Below the pieces are notes generated by a model. That model had not been told where the DNA came from and did no database searches. It worked only from the letters and a program-made list of their open reading frames with translations. A DNA stretch of 29,257 bases from Bifidobacterium breve (GTDB lineage Bacteria > Actinomycetota > Acidimicrobiia > Acidimicrobiales > Ilumatobacteraceae), in the NCBI GenBank assembly GCA_945871625.1, contig CAMBWL010000001.1:1-29257 (forward strand), written 5' to 3'. Made by a program: the position numbers and the translations under genes. Shown here piece by piece: positions 1 to 11,719 of this stretch (its first letter is position 1; each line of letters begins with the position of its first letter).

Positions 1-896
1 CGAAGTTACCTGTGACCAATCGGAGATTGAGTGAGCATCAGCCCACTTGTTTAGTTGGCGCAGAATTTTGATTGGCGCTCTTGGGTCGGCGAAAGTTGCC
101 GTGCCCACCTGCACGGCATCGGCGCCAGCAAGCATCAATTCGACCGCCGTCTCGGCAGATGTCACTCCACCTGCACCAATTATTTTTAATTCGGGCAAGG
201 CTGCTCGCACGTCGTAGATACATCGAACGGCAATCGGATGAATCGCCGACCCAGATAAACCTCCGCGAATATTGCCCAGAATTGGCAGCCCCGTTTCAGT
301 GTCTATCGCCATGCCGATCACCGTATTCACCAGAGTCACTGCCTGAGCGCCTGCCGACGAAACTGCGCGCGCGATGTCGACGAGTTGCGAGGTATTCGGA
401 CTCAACTTTGCCCACAATGGCGAACCAGAAGCTTGACACGCTTCGATGACTTTGGCGCTCAAGGTTGCATCGTGACTGAACATCGCGTGGTCGCCACCCA
501 AGTTCGGGCACGAAAGATTGACTTCAATTGCCGCAACACGGTCACGCACATCGGCCAAAACTCGCGCGACCTGAAGATAGTCGTCGATGCTGTGCCCCCA
601 GATGCTTACAACCACTTTTGCCTGCGCGCGTTCGAGGGCGACTAAATCATCGTCGATGAAACTTCGCACACCACCACCCTGAAGTCCGACACTATTGAGC
701 ATCCCCGAATTTGTCGGATGAAGTCGTGGTGCTGCGTTGCCTGGCCATTCAAAATGCGCGACTGATTTGGTGACGACTGCACCTATCTCGCGCAACGGAA
801 AGTAGGCGTCAAACTCGGCGCCATAACCAGCCGTACCCGACGCCGTCAAGATTGGGTGGGCAAGTTCGACCGTGCCGATCGAAATCGGGTTGCGTT

Positions 897-900
<4 letters not shown>
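1..900 (-). CDS. pyrD: Dihydroorotate dehydrogenase family 1 (1B-like catalytic subunit), 3' end runs off the window
   Basis: Not in the ORF track because it has no stop in the window. Hand translation from ATG at 900 (ATGA overlap with carB stop): [27 protein letters not shown]...GAVVTKS...GMLNSVGLQ...IEVNLSCPN...WAKLSPN...LVNT...[10 protein letters not shown]...IIGAGGV...[13 protein letters not shown]. Open for 300 codons. NxSCPN with the catalytic Cys marks family 1. Confidence 0.95.
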
Positions 901-4195
<3,295 letters not shown>

Positions 4196-4196
<1 letters not shown>

Positions 4197-5296
4197 TACT
4201 TGGCTTCCATGCGGGCCACGAATTCAGCGAATAAATAACGACTGTCATGCGGGCCTGGTCCGGCTTCGGGATGATATTGCACACTGAAAGCGTTCGCCCC
4301 GAGCACCTTCATTCCTTCATTCGTATTGTCATTGAGGTTGACATGGGTGACCTCTGCTTTGGTCGCCAATGAGTCGGCATCAACGCAAAAATTATGGTTC
4401 TGGCTGGTGATCTCGACCGTATTCGTCGCCAGATTGCGCACGGGATGATTCGCCCCATGATGTCCGAAGGGCAGCTTAAAAGTTTTGCCACCAAGCGCCA
4501 GGGCCATCAACTGGTGCCCCAGACAAATGCCGAACATCGCCACGCCAGTACCCAGCAGTTCGCGAATTGTTGCGGGTGCTCCATGCACCATTTCAGGATC
4601 TCCTGGCCCGTTTGAGAGAAATATTCCGTTCGGCGACAACGCCATCACATCGCTGGCGCTCGTCGTCGCCGGCACGACATGCACGGTTGCAAACTCCCCC
4701 AGACAATTCAACATCGTCGTTTTGATCCCAAAATCGAACGCGACGACCTTCAACTTGCCCGAACCATGGATGAAACTCTTGGTGGTCGTAACTTGGGCGA
4801 TCAAATTTCTGCCGGTGGTGCCCTTTTCGCTCAAAGCGGCCTTGCGCAACTCGGACTCAGTCGCAGTACCGAATGCGCCCGGCATCGCCCCGGATTCGCG
4901 CAACACCCGGGTCAATTTGCGCGTGTCGATGCCGGCAATCCCCGAAACTTGATGTTGCTTCAAAAATGAATCCAGCGAATCATCGCTGCGCCAATTGCTG
5001 CGCCGACGAGAAAGTTCGCGAACGATCACTCCGCGCGCGAAAACTTTTGCCGACTCGTTGTCTGGTGCCGCCGTGCCGTAGTTGCCTATATGAGGAGTCG
5101 TGAAAGTAATTATCTGACCGGCATACGAAGGATCAGTTAAAATTTCTTGATATCCAGAAAGGCCCGTGTGAAACACGACTTCACCCCGGGCGATTACAGG
5201 TGCTGATAGTTCGGAAGAACCGGCACCTATTGCCTCTCCCTCAAAAACTGTGCCGTCTTTTAAAACGAGTGCCGCTGGCCTGATACTGCGTGTCAT
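4196..5296 (-). CDS. carA: Carbamoyl-phosphate synthase small (glutaminase) subunit
   Basis: [33 protein letters not shown] (catalytic Cys), [16 protein letters not shown]; TAATG overlap with carB. Confidence 0.99.
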
Positions 5297-6573
5297 CTTC
5301 GTGCTTGACCGTCAATCACCGTTGGCGAACCGTTGAAAATTGTGTGGCGAACTCGTCCGCGCAACGTGCGACCCAAATACGGAGTGTTCACACTTTTGCT
5401 GGCGAGACGGTTGATGTCGATGCTCCAAGTTAGTTCAGGATCAAATACGCAGAGGTTGGCTTTATTACCCACTGCCACATCGCAACCATGGGTTTTGTCG
5501 ATGCGTGCAATTTTTGCCGGGTTCCAACTCATCAACGCAACAATGTCGCGAATCTCGCAAGCACCCTCGGCCAGCACAACTCCGAGCGCCGTCTCAAGAC
5601 CCAGCATTCCTGGTGGAGCCATGTCTAGAGACATTTCTTTATCTCGTCGCGGGTGCGGTGCGTGATCGGTTGCAATCGCATCGATCGTGCCGTCCAGTAG
5701 ACCGGCTTTCAACGCCTGAATATCGCCCGCCGAACGCAAAGGTGGATTCACTTTGAACACCGGATTGTAAGAACTGAGCAGTTCTTCGGTCAGCGACAAG
5801 TGATGCGGCGTCACCTCGGCTGTTATCGGCAAACCATCTCGTTTGCCCGCCCGCACCAACTCGACGCTGCGCTTTGTTGAAAGATGCAAAAAGTGCATCG
5901 ACGCACCCGTGATTCGCACCAGTTCAATATCGCGAAAGACCATCAACTCTTCGGCGATTGCCGGCCAACCAGGCAAACCCAAATCGGTGCAACATCGACA
6001 CTCATTCATCACCGCGCCTTTGGTTAGTTCGGCGACTTCACAATGTTGGGCCAGTGTTACTCCAAGACCCTTGGCATATTCGAGTGCGCGGCGCATTAGC
6101 GCAGCATCTTGGACTCCGTTTCCGTCGTCGGTAAAAAAAGTTACTCCAGCCTGAGCCAACTCGGCCATCGGTGCGAGCGATTCGCCGAGACGTCCGAGTG
6201 TGATGCATCCACTCGGCACGACATCGACTAGACCCGCGCGCTTACCTTGTTCGCGCACGAAGTCGATCACGGCGACCGAATCTTGTGGCGGATCAGTGTT
6301 CGGCATCGCCACCAGCGCCGTATATCCGCCTAATGCGCCGGCACGACTGCCTGTCTCGATTGTCTCTGCTTCTTCTTTGCCTGGTTCGCGCAGGTGCGCA
6401 TGTAGATCAACAAAACCGCTGCTAACGATGCAACCAGATGCGTCAAGTTGGGTGTCGCCTTTGAGATTTTTACCGACTTCGGCAACAAAACCATTTTCTA
6501 TTTTCACGTCGGCCACGAGTTGCGACGTTCGATTGATGATCGTTCCGTTCTTGATCACAATCGAGCCGCTCAT
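5293..6573 (-). CDS. pyrC: Dihydroorotase (type I, amidohydrolase family)
   Basis: GFVDLHAHLREPG, HCE, HLST, EVTPHHL, KVNPPLR, IATDHAPH; metal ligands and catalytic Asp appear intact. Confidence 0.97.
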   Translation of the reverse strand: MSGSIVIKNGTIINRTSQLVADVKIENGFVAEVGKNLKGDTQLDASGCIVSSGFVDLHAHLREPGKEEAETIETGSRAGALGGYTALVAMPNTDPPQDSVAVIDFVREQGKRAGLVDVVPSGCITLGRLGESLAPMAELAQAGVTFFTDDGNGVQDAALMRRALEYAKGLGVTLAQHCEVAELTKGAVMNECRCCTDLGLPGWPAIAEELMVFRDIELVRITGASMHFLHLSTKRSVELVRAGKRDGLPITAEVTPHHLSLTEELLSSYNPVFKVNPPLRSAGDIQALKAGLLDGTIDAIATDHAPHPRRDKEMSLDMAPPGMLGLETALGVVLAEGACEIRDIVALMSWNPAKIARIDKTHGCDVAVGNKANLCVFDPELTWSIDINRLASKSVNTPYLGRTLRGRVRHTIFNGSPTVIDGQARR

Positions 6574-7505
6574 GCTTGGCCTGCGAGGTTTGATCCGCTG
6601 CCAAGAAGTTCAAATAGCACGGCCATGCGCACCGACACCCCGTTGGCAACTTGGCGATGAATCAGCGAATTCTTTACATCTGAAGGATCAATTTGCATTT
6701 CAACACCACGATTCATCGGCCCGGGGTGCATTACGATCGCGTTCGATCGCAGACCCAACACGCGCTTTTGCGTCAAGCCATATTGCTCGCTGTATTCGCG
6801 CAGAGTTGGCACATGTCCTTGGGCCATGCGCTCACTTTGCAGACGCAACATATACAACACATCGCTCTCGGCAAGCACCTCATCGAGATCATGCGAAACA
6901 TCAACTGGCCAGTGCGAAACATCCGGCGGCAACAGTGTCGGCGGGGCAACCAGGGTGACTTTGGCACCCAACATCGAGAACGCTTGAATGTTGCTTCGTG
7001 CTACCCGCGAATGTTTGATGTCGCCGACGATCGTCACTTTCATTCCTGCAAAGTTTTGTGCATGGGTCGCCTCACGAATCGTGTAGCAATCTACAAGTGC
7101 CTGCGTTGGGTGCTGATGCGCGCCATCCCCTGCATTGATAATCGAGGCGGTTGTCCAGGCGCTGATCTGCCATGGAATACCAACCGACTTGTGTCTGACG
7201 ACAAATGCATCAACACCCATGTCGGTGATCGTCGCGACGGTGTCGCGCAACGACTCGCCTTTGTTGACGCTTGAAGTTGAGACATTAAATGTCAGCGTGT
7301 CGGCAGACAGTCTTTTGGCCGCCGTCTCAAAACTCAAGCGCGTGCGTGTTGAATCTTCGAAGAACAAACTGGCGACCGTACGTCCACGTAGCGCAGGCAC
7401 CTTTGGCACCGGTCGTTGGTTGATCTCGGCCATGTGATCGGTGAGTTGCAACAACTTATTTAGTCCGTCTAAGCCAAGTTCGTCGATCGAACGCAAGTGC
7501 TTCAT
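6570..7505 (-). CDS. pyrB: Aspartate carbamoyltransferase catalytic subunit
   Basis: FFEDSTRTRLSFE, KGESLRDT, INAGDGAHQHPTQAL, GDIKHSRVARS, MHPGPMNRGVE. Confidence 0.98.
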   Translation of the reverse strand: MKHLRSIDELGLDGLNKLLQLTDHMAEINQRPVPKVPALRGRTVASLFFEDSTRTRLSFETAAKRLSADTLTFNVSTSSVNKGESLRDTVATITDMGVDAFVVRHKSVGIPWQISAWTTASIINAGDGAHQHPTQALVDCYTIREATHAQNFAGMKVTIVGDIKHSRVARSNIQAFSMLGAKVTLVAPPTLLPPDVSHWPVDVSHDLDEVLAESDVLYMLRLQSERMAQGHVPTLREYSEQYGLTQKRVLGLRSNAIVMHPGPMNRGVEMQIDPSDVKNSLIHRQVANGVSVRMAVLFELLGSGSNLAGQA

Positions 7506-8053
7506 GATTTTGCATCCACGAACGGAGTGATCAGAACACCCTGACTTGTCACTGACACTTCGTCACCACGATGGGTTGGCAAGTTCTTGCCGACAAAATC
7601 TGGGCGAATCGGCAATTCGCGATGTCCGCGATCGATCAGCACTGCAAGTTGCACTGCCCGTGGCCGACCGTAGTTATTCAAGCCTTCCATCGCCGCTCTG
7701 ACCGTGCGACCCGTGAACAGCACATCATCGACCACGACGACCGTCGCCCCCGATAAGTCGAATGGAATACTGCTGATCGCCCCGAGCGAAACTGGTCGCA
7801 AACCAATGTCGTCTCGGTGCAGGCTGACATCCAAAGCCCCAACCGGCACTTCAACGGACTTTTCAATCTGGTTGATTTGCGCGGCTATCTCTTCGGCAAT
7901 CCAGGTGCCACCACGTTGCAGACCGACTATTGCCAAACCTTCAACGCCATGATTGCGTTCAATTATTTCGTGGGCGATTCTCACAATCGCGCGACGCACA
8001 TCGGCCGCAGTCATCGCTTCGCGCGAAGAAACCTCGTTCGCAGACTTTCCCAT
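7502..8053 (-). CDS. pyrR: Bifunctional pyr operon regulator / uracil phosphoribosyltransferase
   Basis: RIAHEIIERN, HRDD, VDDVLFTGRT, DRGHRELPIRPDFVGKN. Start moved to ATG at 8053, which lies 5 nt after GGAGGAG; the ORF-track GTG at 8059 overlaps the SD. Confidence 0.97.
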   Translation of the reverse strand: MGKSANEVSSREAMTAADVRRAIVRIAHEIIERNHGVEGLAIVGLQRGGTWIAEEIAAQINQIEKSVEVPVGALDVSLHRDDIGLRPVSLGAISSIPFDLSGATVVVVDDVLFTGRTVRAAMEGLNNYGRPRAVQLAVLIDRGHRELPIRPDFVGKNLPTHRGDEVSVTSQGVLITPFVDAKS

Positions 8054-8058
8054 TTTCA

Positions 8059-8065
8059 CTCCTCC
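8059..8065 (-). promoter_or_regulatory. Shine-Dalgarno sequence of pyrR (GGAGGAG)
   Basis: Minus strand reads GGAGGAG-TGAAA-ATG. Confidence 0.9.
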
Positions 8066-8094
8066 GTTTGAGTCTCACAGGACTCTTTTTACGG
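8064..8094 (-). promoter_or_regulatory. PyrR-binding RNA stem-loop
   Basis: RNA CCGU-AAAAA-GAGUC-CUGUGA-GACUC-AA-ACGG: 5-bp upper stem with a CNGNGA hexaloop, 13/14 match to the ARUCCNGNGAGGYU consensus, lower stem CCGU/ACGG. Lies immediately upstream of pyrR. Confidence 0.88.
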
Positions 8095-8122
8095 TTGTTG
8101 AATTAATTAATTTTCGGACCTC

Positions 8123-8131
8123 AATATATCA
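8123..8131 (-). promoter_or_regulatory. Putative extended -10 promoter of the pyr operon (TG-A-TATATT)
   Basis: TGnTAnnnT match about 30 nt upstream of the PyrR loop in the largest intergenic gap; no clear -35. Confidence 0.55.
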
Positions 8132-8136
8132 CCCTG

Positions 8137-8159
8137 CCTAAACGACCCCGTCATTTAGG
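8137..8159 (-). terminator. Hairpin overlapping the DUF2079 gene stop, possible U-tract-less terminator or stabiliser
   Basis: CCUAAAUGAC-GGG-GUCGUUUAGG: 10-bp stem with one U-G pair and a 3-nt loop, followed by CAGGGUG rather than a U-tract. Confidence 0.35.
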
Positions 8160-9615
8160 TCTTCTTAAACACGACCCACCACGAATTCGCAAAGGTGATT
8201 TCAAAGTTCGGCGAAACCTCCGACCAAATTTGCGCCATCTGGTCGTCCATAACCTTGGGTAGAACCACGTACTCGATCTCGTCTACGAACGGCAATACAT
8301 CGCCAACCGCAAACGCATCAAGGCCGTATAGCGCCCTGCGAAACGGCACCGGGAAAGCATAAATTCGTTCTCTGCGAGCCAAATGCGCGGTAAGTGGATG
8401 ATATGCACTCACCACAGCACTCGACGGAACTTTACCCATTGCCTCTCGGGCGGCCGAAGCTGATTCAAGTTTTGATCTGTTGTATGCGATCTGGGTGCGA
8501 CCACCGGGAAGCGGCGACCACATGAACGCCGAAATCAAACTCGTAACCACACAAACTCCGACCAGAGACTTGCGAAACTTCTGTGGAAGTCGGCCTATCG
8601 CATGAATTGTGCCGAAAACCAAGATCGGCACAACTACGAACGAATAGTGATACTCAATATGAAACTGATACCAAAAAGTACTAACAATATTTGCCCCGAC
8701 AACCAGAATTGCAATTGCTGCAACTTCAGGGAAAGCAAAGAAAATCATCGCCGTTGGCAAAGCCAACTGCAACAAATAATAAGGACGAGATTCGCTGACA
8801 AGGTAACTTGCGACATCCAAGGGGTCTGTGAAAGATTTGCTGATCAATCCACCCCATCCGCCAAAAGGTATGCGCCAAGAGTTGCGAAAGCCCACACCGT
8901 TGATCCCCTGTTGAATACCGAATATCGCCAAAATCATGTACCACAGTGACGCGACGACAGTCGTCAGTCCGACTGTTCGATTTTTGCGGAAAGTTATCCA
9001 AACCCCAAGAGGAATCAACACGAGTGCCACATCTTCTTTGACACTCAGGCTGAGAATTGCCATGACAAAGAAAAGTCGCCAGCGATTTTCTAATGCGGCG
9101 TACAGTGAAACTCCAATCAACAGACCCAAAAATGAATCAGGATGAAAATTTTCGAGACCAATCCAAACTGATGCTGGATGGATCAAATAAACGACGGCAA
9201 ACACGGTGGCGAACATCTCGCTGGCAAGTCGTTTGCGAGCGTACAAAAAAACCGGAATCGCCCCGGCAGCAATTGCGATTGCCTGAACTACGAATAAAAA
9301 CGAAGTTGAACCGACGAACCAGTAAAACGGCACCAAAAACAACAGAACAAAACTTGTATGGTCTCCGAAAAGGTTTCTTCCCATCAAAGTTACGAATGGA
9401 TTTTTGAACTCTGATAGCAACCAAATGCCCTGATCGTAAAGCCCGAAGTCATAGGCCGATGTGTTCAACCCTCGGTGCAGTTCGACACTTAGCGCACCCA
9501 AATAAATCGCCATTAACCAGATTGCTGCGCCCGTGGCGGTTTGCCAAACTGTTATTTGACTGGCTCTAAAACGGAGATTCTCAAGTGTCTTACGCGTAAG
9601 TTCAACTCCCTTCAA
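8155..9615 (-). CDS. DUF2079-like polytopic membrane protein (GT-C glycosyltransferase fold suspected)
   Basis: 486 aa with about ten hydrophobic segments by eye. Motifs AYDFGLYDQ, LFGDHTS, ENFHPDS, SVKED and FHIEYHYS resemble DUF2079. Soluble C-terminal domain. The TTG start has no well-spaced SD, so the start is uncertain. Confidence 0.7.
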   Translation of the reverse strand: MKGVELTRKTLENLRFRASQITVWQTATGAAIWLMAIYLGALSVELHRGLNTSAYDFGLYDQGIWLLSEFKNPFVTLMGRNLFGDHTSFVLLFLVPFYWFVGSTSFLFVVQAIAIAAGAIPVFLYARKRLASEMFATVFAVVYLIHPASVWIGLENFHPDSFLGLLIGVSLYAALENRWRLFFVMAILSLSVKEDVALVLIPLGVWITFRKNRTVGLTTVVASLWYMILAIFGIQQGINGVGFRNSWRIPFGGWGGLISKSFTDPLDVASYLVSESRPYYLLQLALPTAMIFFAFPEVAAIAILVVGANIVSTFWYQFHIEYHYSFVVVPILVFGTIHAIGRLPQKFRKSLVGVCVVTSLISAFMWSPLPGGRTQIAYNRSKLESASAAREAMGKVPSSAVVSAYHPLTAHLARRERIYAFPVPFRRALYGLDAFAVGDVLPFVDEIEYVVLPKVMDDQMAQIWSEVSPNFEITFANSWWVVFKKT

Positions 9616-9627
9616 CCTTGGGCGAGT

Positions 9628-10047
9628 TTAGACGCGGACTTTTTTCGCAATCGCTGAGAGTATTCCGTTGACATACTTTCCAGATTCATCGGTAGAAAAA
9701 CGCTTGGCTAGTTCTACTGCCTCGTTGATTATCACCGCAATCGGCACTTCTGGTCGCTCGATAAGTTCGTAGATTGCCAACCTCAACACGTTTCGGTCTA
9801 TCGCTGGCATGCGACCAATTGTCCAGGTGTGAGAGAACTCGGTGATCATCTCATCGGTTGTCGACCGCAACGCTTCTACTGCGATTGCCATCTGCGACAC
9901 CGTGTCGTCAACTTTCAGAACCTGTGCCTGAATTACTTCGGCGACGTTTATATTGCGTGATTCAGCCTCGTATAAAAAATGGAGAACCCGTTCGCGGGCC
10001 GTGCTGCGAATGTCATCCCCAAATTTGTGTTTACTGGATGTCGACAT
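9628..10047 (-). CDS. nusB: Transcription antitermination factor NusB
   Basis: RSTARERVLHFLYE, WTIGRMPAIDRNVLRLAIYEL, INEAVELAKRFS, YVNGIL; follows efp with a TGATG overlap. Confidence 0.96.
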   Translation of the reverse strand: MSTSSKHKFGDDIRSTARERVLHFLYEAESRNINVAEVIQAQVLKVDDTVSQMAIAVEALRSTTDEMITEFSHTWTIGRMPAIDRNVLRLAIYELIERPEVPIAVIINEAVELAKRFSTDESGKYVNGILSAIAKKVRV

Positions 10048-10610
10048 CAGACTCTCGTGATGTATTCGCCGGAACGGGTGTCGACTTTGACTCGATCACC
10101 GATGTTCACGAATAGCGGCACCTGTATAACTTTGCCCGTTTCAAGGGTGGCCGGTTTGCGTGCTCCAGATACTCGGTCACCTTGAATGCCCGGTTCGGTC
10201 ACTGCAATGTTCAGTTCGACTGTCACGGCGATTTCAACGCTGACAATCTCATCTTTATATTGGGCAATAATTGCTTTCGCACCCTCGACGAGGTAATCGG
10301 CTGATTCACCTAGCGCCCGTGGCGAAACGTTGATCTGCTCGTATGACGCGGTGTCCATGAACACGAAGTCATCACCTTCTTTGTACAAAAACTGCATGTC
10401 GGCCCGGTCAAGAATCGCCTGCTCAACACGCACGCCGGCATTAAATGTGCGTTCCAAGATGTTGCTTGTTCGCAGGTTGCGCAATTTGGTGCGAACGAAT
10501 GCACCGCCTTTGCCTGGTTTGACATGTTGAAAGTCGACGACCGTGTACAGCCCGTTATCGATCTCGAGAGTGATGCCGTTTTTTAGGTCGTTGGTTGTAA
10601 TTGCAGGCAC
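10047..10610 (-). CDS. efp: Elongation factor P
   Basis: HVKPGKGGAFVRTKL, PGIQGDRVSGARKPATLETG, VPLFVNIGDRVKVDTRSGEY. GTG start preceded by AAGGA. Confidence 0.98.
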   Translation of the reverse strand: MPAITTNDLKNGITLEIDNGLYTVVDFQHVKPGKGGAFVRTKLRNLRTSNILERTFNAGVRVEQAILDRADMQFLYKEGDDFVFMDTASYEQINVSPRALGESADYLVEGAKAIIAQYKDEIVSVEIAVTVELNIAVTEPGIQGDRVSGARKPATLETGKVIQVPLFVNIGDRVKVDTRSGEYITRV

Positions 10611-11716
10611 TGTCGATCCTTTTTGCTTTTGGTAAGAATTCGGCAGCCACTTTGCGTAACGACGACTAAGTCTTCAATTCGCACGCCACCGAGCCCTTCA
10701 CGATAGACGCCTGGCTCGACGGTTACTACCTCGCCAACTTCAAGCGGCTCTGCGAATCCTGTTCTGACCCAAGGCATCTCGTGTATTTGCAAACCGACAC
10801 CGTGACCAGTGCTGTGGGTGAACTCACTTCCAAAACCAGCGTCGACAATATAGTCGCGACAAGTTTTATCAACATCTTGGGCCAACACTCCGGCCCGAAC
10901 ATGTGCCAGACCAAGCAACTGAGATTGACTCACTACTTCGTGCATCTCGCTCAAAACTGGGTCAACATCACCGATCAAATATGTTCGAGTCATGTCCGAG
11001 TGATAGCCATCAACCAGACCACCCACGTCGATCACGACACTGTCCCCTGTCACGATTTGACGAGCCACGGGGCGATGGTGTGGACGTGCGGCGTTCGGTC
11101 CACTGGCCACGATCGTGTCATAACTCGTGAACTCGGCGCCATGGCGTCGCATCCGATAATCAAGTTCGTCGCGAATATCTCGTTCAGTTAAACCCATCAC
11201 GAGCATCGGCACGACTTCTTCGAGGGCTTTGTCGGTGGCGAGTGCCGCAAGTTGCATTCGCTGAATCTCTGGTTCAGTTTTCTTTCGTCGCAATTTGGGA
11301 ATGACTGGCGCAACCTTTTGCAACTCGATAGACAACTGGTCTTTCATGCTTTCGTATTGACTGACCGTCATCTCGCCAGCGTCGAACCCAATCGAACCCA
11401 AATTTTTCGTAGATTGTGCGAGGGCCTCGCGCAATGCTGCCGCACTTCGTCCTTCGATCACATTGCAATTGGCTTCGGATGTTTTCAACTGCTCTCGTGC
11501 CTGATCTCCATATCGTCCGTCAACGACCAGAATCATGTCGTCAGGACGAACAATCAGCGTGCCGGCCGAACCCGTGAACCCCGTCAACCAGCGAATGTTG
11601 TTCAGGTCGGTCACCAGCAGCGACTTGATGTTTGCCACGCCGGATTTCTTTAGTTCTTGGCGTACCGCGACATCTCGACCCGTGATGATCAGCGTCGAAA
11701 CCGTTTGCGTAGTCAT
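10583..11716 (-). CDS. pepQ: Xaa-Pro aminopeptidase (M24B family)
   Basis: Creatinase-like N-terminus (NIRWLTGFTGS); M24 metal ligands in IDVG, HSDMTRT, HSTGHGVGLQIHE, TVEPGVY, RIED. Overlaps efp by 28 nt. Confidence 0.9.
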   Translation of the reverse strand: MTTQTVSTLIITGRDVAVRQELKKSGVANIKSLLVTDLNNIRWLTGFTGSAGTLIVRPDDMILVVDGRYGDQAREQLKTSEANCNVIEGRSAAALREALAQSTKNLGSIGFDAGEMTVSQYESMKDQLSIELQKVAPVIPKLRRKKTEPEIQRMQLAALATDKALEEVVPMLVMGLTERDIRDELDYRMRRHGAEFTSYDTIVASGPNAARPHHRPVARQIVTGDSVVIDVGGLVDGYHSDMTRTYLIGDVDPVLSEMHEVVSQSQLLGLAHVRAGVLAQDVDKTCRDYIVDAGFGSEFTHSTGHGVGLQIHEMPWVRTGFAEPLEVGEVVTVEPGVYREGLGGVRIEDLVVVTQSGCRILTKSKKDRQCLQLQPTT

Positions 11717-11719
11717 GAC

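Noticed and set aside
6200-6958. 252-aa plus-strand ORF across pyrC/pyrB, and other long plus-strand ORFs such as 1859..2506, 6693..7274, 19658..20224 and 22235..22807
   Set aside because: All lie wholly antisense to well-conserved genes and show no motifs or convincing initiation signals.
9589-9600. 12-bp palindrome CTTACGCGTAAG near the DUF2079 gene start
   Set aside because: About seven such palindromes are expected by chance in 29 kb; it is inside coding sequence and I saw no second copy.
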